64,000 nucleotides of DNA from Cycas panzhihuaensis (lineage: Eukaryota > Plantae > Cycadophyta): the NCBI GenBank assembly GCA_023213395.1, contig CM041465.1, forward strand, positions 159,905,741 through 159,969,740, written 5' to 3'. Positions within the stretch are counted from its first letter, which is position 1. The number at the start of each line of letters is the position of its first letter. The notes under the pieces were generated by a model. It made no database searches, was not told the DNA's origin, and was given only the letters and a program-made list of their open reading frames with translations. This document shows positions 14,120 to 25,854 of this stretch, piece after piece. A program made the position numbers and the translations under genes.

Positions 14120-17031
14120 ATGGCATCAAATATTAGTAATGTTATTATGCCTAACTTTAATAGAACTAATTTTCTTAATTATAGTATGTGTATAAAATTA
14201 TTTTTTGTAGCTAAAGATATGTGGGACCTTATTAAAATAGGTTATGGAGCACTTGCCAAAATGCCATTAAGGATGAGAAGAAAAGCTTCAAGGAGAACAC
14301 AGAGAGATAATGAAGTACTTGCATTCATATTTTACACTTTAGAGGATCTTATATTCCTAAGGGTTAGTAAAGTAATAATATCAAAGGAAGCATGGGATGT
14401 GCTAAAGACTATATACGAAGGAGCAGTAACATCAAAGCTTTAGACTTTAAGAAGCAAATTTAAAATCCTAAGGATGAACACTAATGAAAGAGTTAATGAC
14501 TTTATTACAAAGATCTAAGGCCTAGTCAACCAAATAAGGGCCTTAAGAGAGGTAATTAGTGAACAAAAAGTAATTGAAAAAATCTTAAGGTGTGTAAGAA
14601 ATATCAATGGATTGAGATGGTGGTCACTAGTATTAAGGATTATAAGGACCTTAATACCCTTAAAATAGATTAGTTAAGTGCTATTCTACTAGCTGTAAAA
14701 GAGAAAGAGGGAGGAAGTGAATCCCTTGAGTATGATTTTACCATTAAGATAAAAATTAGATATATATACCAAGGACAAAGTTCTAAGGGTAGAGGTTAAT
14801 CCCCTAGAGGTAGAGGTCAACCTAGAAATTAATTTCAAAGGTAACGTTATCAAACATAAGGATATCATTAAGGTCAAGGCTATCAAGTACAAGGTTAAAG
14901 TAGCTATTAAGGACAAATCCCAAGACAATTTTACCAAGGGTAAAATTAGTTCCAAGGTTAAAAGTATTTTCAAGGTCAAGGTCAAGGCTAAAATTATGGA
15001 TCTCAAGGAAGAGGAAGAGGTTAAAGTCCTAAGAGTAGAAACCAAGGATAAAGAGGTATAAGTCTAAGGGGTAGAGGAACAATCCAATATTTCTATTACC
15101 ATAGAAATGGCCATTTAGAAAAAAATTGCTTTATAAAAGGATCAAATTCGCAAACTACTTTATAAAAAGATCAAATTCACAAAGGGGAATTATTAAGATA
15201 ACTATTGAAGAAAGACATAATGATAGATTATTTCTTTCAAGTCTAATGGCTAATAAGAAAGAAGACAATTGGTATATAGATTTAGGATGTTCCACATACA
15301 TGACTCATAAGGAAGAGTGGTATAACAAATTTGATAACACCAATAAAAGTAAGATCATATTTAGTGATAACACCAGTCAAGTAGTTGTTAGAAAAGGGAA
15401 TGTCTCTATATAAACTAATTTTGGAGAAACTAGGTGTATAAATGATGTGCTACATATTCAAACCCTTAAGAAGAACTTGCTTTTAGTGGGTCAGATAATA
15501 GAACATAAATACAAAGTAGTCTTTGACAATGGGAATATACTATCAAAGATAAACTAAGGAATAAAGCAATTATAGCCAAAGGATAAATAACTAGTGACAT
15601 GTTATTCAAACTAATCATACCCCCAATAGACTATTATACCTTAAAGGTATCAATAAATATAGATAGTGAAACATAGCACAAAAGGCTTGGCCATATAAAC
15701 TATAATAGTTTAGCCTTAACAAATAAAATGGATATGGTAATTAGATTACTATTATTGAACATAGTAAGGAACTATGCAAAGGATGTGCACTTAGAAAACA
15801 GAAAGGCTTCTTAAAGAAAGTTATAGGACTAATGGGTCCCTTCAATTAATATACATAAACTTATGTTATCTAATGGATATGCCCTCACTTGGAGGTGCTA
15901 AGTTTATTATGATATTTATTAATGACTTCGTAAGGATGACATGGATCTACTTTATCAGGTTCAAGTTAGATACTCTACAATGTTTCATAGACTTCAAAAC
16001 TAGGGTGGAAAGTCAAAGTCCACTTAGAATTTTAATACTAAGATTATACAATGGAGGAGAATTCATTTTAAATGAATTCAAAACTTATTATAGGTATTGT
16101 GGCACAAGAAAATATCTTATAAATCCTTACATCCTATAACAAAATGGGGTTACTAAAAAAAAGAATAAAATAATTATTAAAATAGTCAAAAGTATGCTTA
16201 AGGACAAGCATCTCAAAAATGGATATTAGACTAAAGTTATACATATAGTTGTCTATGTGTTGAATAAATATACCACTAAAGTAGTTAGGTTATACCAGAA
16301 GAATCTTAGATAGGTTATAAGCCAAGCATCAGGCACTTAAGGATTTTTAGATACATAGCTTATGCACATGTCCCAAATCAAAGGAGAATAAATTAGATGA
16401 CAAAAGTATCAAATATATCTTTATAAGATATTATGACTCTTCTAGATCCTATAAAATTTATGATCTAAAAGGTAAAAATATGGTTATAAGTAGGGATGTC
16501 ATCTTTAAAAAAGATGAATTTTATCAAGAATAAATGATTGAAAAAGATAATGGGATAAATATCATGATTGAGGTGGACTTAAATTCTAAGGGTATAAATA
16601 TACCTAATACAAAAAAGGTAAGACCCTCTACTTCAAATCAAAGGATCCCTAATTGGGTACAAAGGGCACATAACCCTTAAAATATTTTAGACACCAACTT
16701 TGAGAGTATAAGATCTCAAAGGGTGAATTTTTCACTTATTAGGTTATGGAATCTAATGAGCTTCACAACTTTGAAGAGGTAAACACTTAAGATCAATGGA
16801 AGATAATAATGAAAGAAGAATATAATGCCTTAGTGAAAAATAACATATGGGAGTTAATAGATTTACCACTTAGTAAAAATTCCCTTAAACCAAGTATAAA
16901 TTAGATGGAACTATTCACAAGTATATGGTAAGATTAGTTGTAAAGGGCTATGTTCAAATTAAGGGCATAGATTACAATGAGATATTTATACCTATTGCAA
17001 GGTTAGAAATAGTTAGATTGATGGTGGCCTT
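14120..17031 (+). pseudogene. copia A gag-PR-INT and RT N-terminus (degenerate)
   Basis: UBN2-type gag 'FVAKDMWDLIKIGY', zinc knuckle relic, 'WYIDLGCSTYMT' (PR), 'FINDFVRMTWIYF...YNGGEF' (INT). Confidence 0.88.
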
Positions 17032-17487
17032 AGTTGGAGGGAGGGATTTAGTTTATTAACATAGGTATTTTAAGATTTAAGAATAAAGTTCTGTATAATA
17101 GAATTTAATGAAATACAAAAATAGACACCATAATTGACAGGTAGAAAACCCCTTTGGGGGTTAAAAAACCACCTCCTAAATATAATTAATTAATATAATA
17201 GAATAAATAATACATTACAAATATGGAAGTAGATGAGGATCTCATCCTCTCTCTCTCTCTCTCTATTTGTGCAGCATCCTCCTATAGAACCAACATTACT
17301 TGGTCAGCCTCCTTTCTTTTATGTAACCTCAACCCTTTAACTATTCTAATGATCTTCCTAGAATGTAGGAAGGGATAAATAAGTAGAGGTTCATTGAAAA
17401 GAATAGTTATCATTTTCAATGAACCATATAATTAATAAAGTGACTATTGTTAAAAGGTAATATTATAGCATAAACATTATTCTAGCA
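17032..17487 (-). repeat. 3' LTR of copia B
   Basis: Direct repeat with 23758-24203; adjacent to the PPT. Confidence 0.88.
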
Positions 17488-17599
17488 TTCCCCTTTAATG
17501 TTATTTTTTGTACAATAGATAATATAGAAGAAAGAAGAAAGAAGAGAAGATGAAGAAGACTTCAGCATGTGGATCCCCCTTTGATGAAGACTTCTTTAA

Positions 17600-20500
17600 T
17601 CTTCAATAATTATTTGAGTTTTAAGAACTTTATTTTGATCAATTGTTTTGTAAGAATATCTACAATCTATAAATATGTAGGATAATAAGACAAGTGAATA
17701 ATTTCATCATTTACAAGATTACATATAAAATGTTGATGTAATTCTATGTGTTTTATTCTAGAGTATGCAATAGGATTAATAGTAATAGATATCCCACCTT
17801 GATTATTAGTATTAATTTTAATAGAAGAGTTAGAAAATAATTCAAGCTCACTTAATAAGGATTCAAGCTAAAGTGATTATTTACTATCTTCAACAAGTAT
17901 GCGATATTCAACTTTAGTTGTAGATATGGTTAATGCTTACATTTTCTTACTAGACCAAGTAATTGGTGAAGAGTCTAGAAAGAACATATAACTAGCTGTT
18001 AACGTATAGTCATCAAAGTCTTTTATCCAATCTGAGTTTGTATAGCCTATTAAGTTTAGGTTAGTACTACATAAGTGGTAGGACAATCTATAGAATATTG
18101 TACCTTATAGGTATCTTAAAATTCATTTTCTAGCTTTCCAATGTGACTTGTGAGGTTTCTATATATATCTAAAGCAAAGAGCTACAACATAAGAGATGTC
18201 TAGATAGGTGTGTGTTAGGTAAATTAAACTATTTATAAGTTGACGATAAGTAGTAAGGTCAAATAGAGGTGTAGGACAATCAGTTGATAGTTTAACACTT
18301 GATTGTAGAGGGTTTGGTGTTGGTTTGGAATTTTCCATATTAAATCTTTTTATTAAGTCAAATATGTACTTGGATTATGAAATGGTTATCTTTAAATTAG
18401 TTTGACAAATTTGTAAATATAATAAATAATATAAAGACCTAAGTCAGTCATTTTAAATTTGTTCATTAAGATAGATTTTAATTAATGAATATTAGAGATT
18501 AAAGATCTAGTTATGATTATATTATCTACGTAAAGGATTAAGATGGTAATATTTTTATTTTTTTGTTTGAAGTAAAGATTGGGATCATTTTGTGTAAGAT
18601 AGTCATCTGTCTTTATATACCAAGCTCGAGGAGCTTATTTTAGACCATATAAAGATTTTTTTAATTTACACATAAGATTATGATTACATATGAAACTAGG
18701 GGGTTGTTTCATATAAATTTCTTCTTTAAGATCTCCATTCAAAAAAGCACTTTTAACATCCATTTGATGGATTTTCTAGGAAAGTTTGGCTACTAAGGCT
18801 AAGATGGTTTTGATTGTATTCATCTTAGCTACAGGAGCAAAGGTTTTAGTATAATCAATACCATCAATTTGAGAAAAACCTTTGGCTACTAGATAAGCTT
18901 TATATTTATTAATAGCTCCTTCAGAGTTATATTTTGTTTGGTAAATCTATTTATAGTCTACCAAATTTTTATTAGGGGCAAGGATAACTAAGTTCTAAGT
19001 TGAATTCTTTTCAAGTGCATCAAATTCAACTTGTATGATTTACTACCATAGAGGATTGTTATTTATTTCCTTAAAGGTTTTTGGATCATTTGTGGCTATT
19101 ACTTTAGCCATTAGAGTAAAGTTTGCTTGAAGTTTTTGAGAATGAGTCTTCCTAGTATCTAATGGTTTACCAGCATTAGAACCAGCATCAGGAAGAGTTC
19201 TCTTTACCTAAACTAGTTGTTTGTTCTTTGAAGAAGTAGAAGTGGGGGGTTAATTAGAAGAATGTGACTAACTAACTAGATCTAATATAGTAGGTTCAGT
19301 TAATATCCAATTTTGAACTTGATTAGACAAAGATTCAATCATTCTAGGATCAACTTATTTATCTGAGGGGTCAACTAAGTAAGTGTTAGTTAATAAACTC
19401 TCAATAGGAAGTTCTATATAAGTATTTTTTTACAAAGATCCCTCTTCATCAAATACAATATCGCATAGAATTAAAATCTTATGCATGATTGGATCAAGAA
19501 GCCTGTAGGCTTTGCTTTCTTTACTATAACCAACGAAGATGACTTTAGAACTTTTAGGGTTAAGTTTCTTACATTTTCTTTGGGAACATGGCCCCATAAA
19601 ATGCTTCCAAAGATTTTAAGATGTTTGATAGAAGGTTTATGACTAGACTATTTCTATTCTACTATAATATTCTATAGAGATTTACTTGGTAATTGATTTA
19701 AAAGATATTTGGAGTAAGCCATTGCTTCAACCCACAACTTTAGATCCAGACCTCTTACATATATCATGCATCAGGTTATTTCTATGAGAGTATGATTCTT
19801 ACATTCAGCAACACCATTTTGTTGATGGATATAGGCAATGAAATGTTGGAATCATATTTTGTGTTTTTTATAGTATGTGGTAAACTTATCACTTAAGTAT
19901 TCTTTAGCATTATTAGATCTAAAGATTTTTATTTTAGAGTTGATTTAATTTTTAACTAATATTTTAAACTTGATAAATATGTCAAAGACCTAACTTCTTA
20001 TTTTAAGCATATAAATTTAACATTTTCTAAAAAAATCATTAATGAAAATGAAAAAACATTTATTTCCAGAGTATGATGGTACTTAGAATGGGTCACAAGT
20101 ATCAGAGTGAACAAGTTCAAGTGGAACTTTTACTCTGAATGAAGTCTGATATGGAAAAATATCTATGTGTTGCTTGTCTGTCACATAGGCTTCACAAATG
20201 CCATAGACTGTGCTTAGGGTGGGAAGTCCATGAACCATATCATGTTTGCTTAAGTACTAAAGTATGCCATAACTTTTATGGCTAAACCGAGCATGCCATA
20301 GTTTATTGATTTAATCAGACTTAGCTATGAAGCCATTGAAAGACTTTGTTTTAAAGTGTTAAAGACTTGTAGGTTGTAGAGGTCTATTTTATGATCTGCG
20401 AGTCCTAAAGCGATTGACTTAAACTTATTTAAAGGTTGTTTAATAATAAATCTATCTTTGTAGAATTCAACAACAAGGTCTTTCTGGTAGATTTGATAAA

Positions 20501-21760
20501 CTAAAAGGAGATTTGGTAATAATCTAAGAATGTAGAATATGTCCTTGATAGAATCATCTTCTAAAGAAACATCTCCTATTCCTTTGAGTTTTAGTTATGA
20601 ACCACTTTTGAATGAGATTTCCTCTTCAGAATTAGGGTCTAAATAATAAGATGACAAGTATTCTTGGTGTCCCATCATATGATGGGATGCACTAAAATCA
20701 AGAATCCATAGAGGTGATTGAGTAGTTGGAGCTGTAAAAGCTTATGTACAAGCAGTTAGGGAATGGTGAGGATTATGGGATTGTGGTTGGATCCCCTTAG
20801 AAGCTTTCTAAGCTTTAGAAGCAAATCTATTCTGATAGACATCAATGGTGTGCCTCTTTTTGTGGTAGTAAGTATAACTAATATTCTAATTAAGATTAAG
20901 ATTGATAGTATTCCTTTTTTAGAATGATTGTTTAGAGGTATTCTAAGTTTTAGATGATCCAGAATACTTAGTATTATGATGAGGGTCATTTGAATTAAAT
21001 GAACCTTTATGAGGTTTTTAGACTTAGGATTATTATTATGATTATTGTGATAATTATTTTGATGTTTAGGCTTATTGAGTAGCATTGACTTGGAAAATAA
21101 AAGCATGTGAAGGATCTTAAAGTTTTCTAGTCTGAATCAATATTATTTGATGTTCAACTAGTTGATTTATTAATTGATTAAAGGTTATAGGTAGATATCC
21201 CACTTATTGCCTAGCAGTTTTGAAAAGATTAAAATACTTTGGGAGTTTATTAATTGTAAGATAGACGAGTGTATCGTCATCTTTTACATGTGTAACAATG
21301 ACTATTTTATCATTTACTTTTGTGGAAGACTTTATGTAATTGCCTAAGTCTTTATTGATATGTTGAAGTTTTGATAAGAAGTCTTCAACTTAAAGAGGTC
21401 ATTATAATTCAAATTATATATTTATTATTCTAGAATAACTAACTTTTGAGTGCCAACCTTATCATACTTTGCCTTATGTGAGTTCTAGACTATGGTTGAA
21501 TTATCTATGTCAAAGAAATGCCAACTTATATCTTGGGAGAGAGAGATTAGGATGGTGCATAAGGCTCCATCACAATTCATTAGATATACCATGTAGGCTT
21601 CTAATTTTTTATCTATTAGTTTAACAAATTCTCATATGATATATCACCGTAGTTTTTGTTGCTTTAGGTGGTGGGATATGTAAGTTTTCCAATTATCATA
21701 ATTAGAGCTAGTTAAAGTTAGAATTGAGGTACAGGAGATTGTCCCTAACATGAGTGCCAT
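17600..21760 (-). pseudogene. copia B gag-pol (degenerate)
   Basis: 'WILDFSASHHM' (PR), 'LELVHSDTC' (INT), '[23 protein letters not shown]' (RT), 'KHIELHQHFI' (RH). Confidence 0.88.
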
Positions 21761-23757
21761 TTTAGGACTAACCAAAGACAAAAATACCTCTTTTAGGAAA
21801 CAAAAAATGTGGAAGACTTTTGAATTAATTATTATTTTTACAACTAAAAATTCATTTAGAATAATAAGTGTGTTATTGAAATAAACTTATCAACATTGCC
21901 ATTGGACATAAATTCAAATTATAATATTTTTAGTATTACCAGTTAGACATAAATTAATTTGTCAATACCACTTTAAACATAAGTGAATTGATTTTTCTCT
22001 AAAAAAAAAGAACTTATAAAGATTGATTAACATTGATCAAGAGTGGTTGAATTCTTAATCAAATATTTTAAGAAAATTATTCAAACATATAAGAATTAGA
22101 TATTTATAACTTAAATTAAATCAAATTAAAAAAAGTTTATTTTAATTTATTATTTATAGATTTCTTTAAAAAAAAAAAAAAAAATTGTTAAATTATTAAT
22201 AAGTAATTAATGTTTACTAAATTAGAATAATGAATTTAAGGTATCATAAAGGTAATTTATAAAAACATATTATGTACCTAGGCTTATCTGTGAAAGAAAG
22301 CCTTATTTTAAATGTAAGTTTGCTAGTTGAAATGGCTTCCTAATAGAACAAGTAGCCAGTTGAGGCATCTGTGTCTGAGTCAGGATTCTGATGCTTCTAT
22401 TAGAGTTGAATTTAAACTCTATGTGGTAAAGTTATAAAGGAAGAAGCATAATTACCCTTTTTATAGAGAAAATAATTAAAAATATATATACTTGAATAAG
22501 GGGTTAATCCCCTTTTCAAACTCAATTAGGATCATATAGGTGAGTAAAATGATTGAGGGGCCCTAGTAGAGGGGAGGGGGGGAGTAGTGAAGGACCTAAA
22601 AAAATGAATTAATTAAAATTCAATATTTTGCAAATGCAAAAACATTACATAACATTGTATTGGAGATTTGCATCTACCAACTTAGTTTAGTATTTACCCT
22701 AAATGCTTAGGGTTTTGATAATTTGTGTCTATATTTTTGTAGGATGTAGATGTGGTAGGCATCCTCCTTCATAAAGCTTTGACAGGCATTCTCCTTGATA
22801 GAACTAAAATAGGAATTCTCCTTCATAATGCTTCTATAGGCATTCTCCTTGGTAGGGCTTCAATAGGTCTTCTCCCTCTTTGATTATTCTATCATTAGTG
22901 TTTCAGAGAATTTCACCCAAATTATAGGGTTGTGATGATGGTTTCAATCTCCATGTCTATATGTGTCTTGTTATTTTATCCATTCAGTCTTTATTTTGTT
23001 TGGAGGCTTTAACTATCTCCATTCCATTTTTGGTGATTATGTAATGGTTAGGCAAGCTCTTCTTCTACATGGCTTCTTTGACAATGATGACAGTAAAAGA
23101 TTCAAGCAGCCACAATTAATTTGCATGGACAAGCTTACAGAGAAGGGTGTAAGCCCTTATGAGCATAATCACTTGGGTCACTCATACAATAGTTGATTTT
23201 CTTAATTTACTAGGATATATGATCAATTTATTTTTCTACAAGTGCATCTTTATTCATCATGATGGTTACTCTACCCCTTCTTATTGTTATTCTGGTCTAT
23301 GTGCTTAAGATCATTGGTGTAGGAGTTTTTATCTCACGTAACATAGATTTTCTGGTATATAGGTTGCCAATTCTTGCAACCTCAACAAGATTCATAGTAG
23401 GCAAACATTTCCTAATGATTTCTTCTTAACTGGGTTGTTAGTTATTTCTTCATAGATTTCATCTTTGTTGAATGGAGCTTCAACACTCTTTGGCTCATAC
23501 ATAATTTCACTCTTCCATTTTCCATTCAAAACCTTGATTACCGATGTAGATATTTTTGTATACAAAGATATATATTTGTGGGCTAGACTACAAAACAGGC
23601 ATTAGTAGAAAATAAAAGCACATTATGGGGTTAATTTTGTATAGCAATAGTTGTGTTCAATATAAATCTAGTTTTTTTTTTATTTTTGTAATTTAATGTG
23701 CATGTTAATTTTTGCATTCTATTAGCAAACTGGCTACAAAACCCTGCTGTAACACCA

Positions 23758-24203
23758 AGTTAGAGAGAGGTATTAGTTTATTAATACATGTATTTTAAGA
23801 TTTAAGAACAAAGATTTGCATAATAGAATTCAATAAAACACAAAAATAGACACCATGATTGATAGGTGGAAAACGCCTTTTAGGGATAAAAGACCACCTC
23901 CTAGATATAATTAATTAATATAATATAATAAAGAATACATTACAGATATGGAGGTAGATAAGGATCTCATCCTCTCTCTCTCTGGTTATGCAATGTCCTC
24001 CTACAACAACATTACTTAGTTAGCCTCCTTACTCTTATGTAACCTCAATCCTTTAACTATTCTAACCATCTTCTTAGAATGTAGGAAGGGATAAATAAGT
24101 AGAGGTTCATTGAAAAGAGAAGTTATCATTTTTAACGAACCATATAATTAATAAAGTGACTATTACTAAAATGTAACATTACAACATAAACATTATTCTA
24201 ACA
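23758..24203 (-). repeat. 5' LTR of copia B
   Basis: Direct repeat with 17032-17487; adjacent to the PBS. Confidence 0.88.
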
Positions 24204-25500
24204 AAGGGCATAGATTACAATAAGACATTTGCACCTATTATAAGGTTAGAAACAGTCAGATTGATGGTGGATTTAATTGCACAGCAAGGTTAGACAGTAT
24301 TATCAAATGGATATAAAAATTACCTTCTTAAATGGCTATGTGGATAAAGAAATATATGTCTAATAACCCAAAGAGTTTGAAGTGGAAGGAGAAGAAAATA
24401 AGGTCTACAAACTTAAAAGGACCTTGTATGGGCTTAAGCAAGTGCCTAGAGTATGGTACTCTACGATTGACAAATATTTCAAGGATAAGGGATTCTAAAG
24501 AAGCCAATCAGATCCTAATTTATACATTAAGATGGAAGGAAACTCCATGCTAATTATGGGCTTATATGTTAATGACCTTGTATACACTATAAATAATAGT
24601 TACTTATTCTAAAGATTTAAGAAAGATATGTGTAAAGAATTTGAGATGATAGAATTGGCACAAATGCATTACTTCTTAGGCATTGAAGTTTGATAAGATG
24701 AAAAGGGAATATTTATCTCCCAAAGGAAATACATATTAAACTTATTACACAAGTTTAACATAAGTAGTTACAAGTCACTTATAACTCTAGTAGAAGTTGG
24801 GTTGAAATTGTCTAAGTTTGAGAAATCAAAATCAGTTTATCTTACACTCTATAGTCAGTTGATTAGGAGTCTAATTTACTTGACTTTAGCTTGATCAAAT
24901 ATCATGTATGCAGTCAGTGTGGTTTCTAAATTCATACATGAGCCTAAGGTAAAACATTAATAAGCAACCAAAAGGATTCTTAGGTATATAAAGGGTACAG
25001 TTAGATATGGATTATATTACAAGTCATTAGGGGAATATATATTCATTGGCTATATAAACTCAGACTGGGCAAGTTGTGTAGATGATAAGAAATCTATCTT
25101 TGGTTATACATGTAGTTTGGGTTTAACTGCAGTTGCACAAAGTTCAAAGAATTAGGCCACAATATCTCTATCTACTGTAAAAGTAGAGTATAAAGTAACT
25201 GTAATAAGAGCATGTGAAATAGTTTAGCTTAGAAGCTTAATCCAAGATTTATAGGAAGAATAGGTAGGTCCTACTCAGTTGCCCTGTGATAATTAAATCA
25301 CAATTTAAATAACTAAGAATCCAATGTTTCATAATAAGATAAAGAACATTAAAACACAACATCAATTCATCAAATAATTGGTATAGAAAAGTGAACTAGA
25401 ATTAGTCTATTATAGTATAGAAGAATAGGTGGCAGATATATTCACAAAGGTACTTGGTAATACAAAGTTTATCAAATTCAAAGATAAACATAGAGTCTCC
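24204..25500 (+). pseudogene. copia A RT-RNase H remainder
   Basis: 'YQMDIKITFLNGY', '[12 protein letters not shown]', 'LYVNDL', 'SDWASC', 'ADIFTK'. Confidence 0.88.
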
Positions 25501-25525
25501 TGAAATGGCCATTATGAAGGAGAAA

Positions 25526-25854
25526 TATTTAAATAATATCCATATTGGAGCTCGTATTTAACTTGGGTTGATTACCCACATTGGGGTGATAACCTAGATT
25601 GGCAAAGATATTGTGGTAGCACCATGTCAGATCCTAACCACACTATGTTAGATCTTGGAGGAAACATATCTAATGTTTGTCAATTCTAGTTAGCGATGGA
25701 CTTTGAGTGGTGTTCTATATCTGGTTTAAGTTCTGTTTATTTGTTCATGGGGTTTGAAGACCCTAGTGTTCATCAACATCACCACTCTCATTAGATTGAT
25801 GGTTATCTCATTTCTTTATTCTCATTCTATTCCCTTTGTCCCTTAATTCTATTA
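25526..25854 (+). repeat. 3' LTR of copia A
   Basis: Direct repeat with 11493-11831; preceded by the PPT. Confidence 0.85.

Larger units (their letters stand above)
17032..24203 (-). mobile_element. Ty1/copia LTR retrotransposon B nested in the RT of copia A
   Basis: LTR pair 17032-17487 / 23758-24203; PBS relic gctgtaacacca at 23746-23757; PPT complement ttcccc at 17488; gag ATG ~21760; PR, INT, RT and RH motifs on the minus strand. Confidence 0.9.
11493..25854 (+). mobile_element. Ty1/copia LTR retrotransposon A
   Basis: LTR pair 11493-11831 / 25526-25854; tRNA-Met PBS tggcattagagc at 11834-11845; PPT gaaggagaaa at 25516-25525; gag-PR-INT-RT-RH order. No clear TSD. Confidence 0.88.

Noticed and set aside
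14689-15045. 118-aa hydrophobic L/T/I-rich ORF on the minus strand
   Set aside because: It is the antisense shadow of the QG-rich Gag tract.
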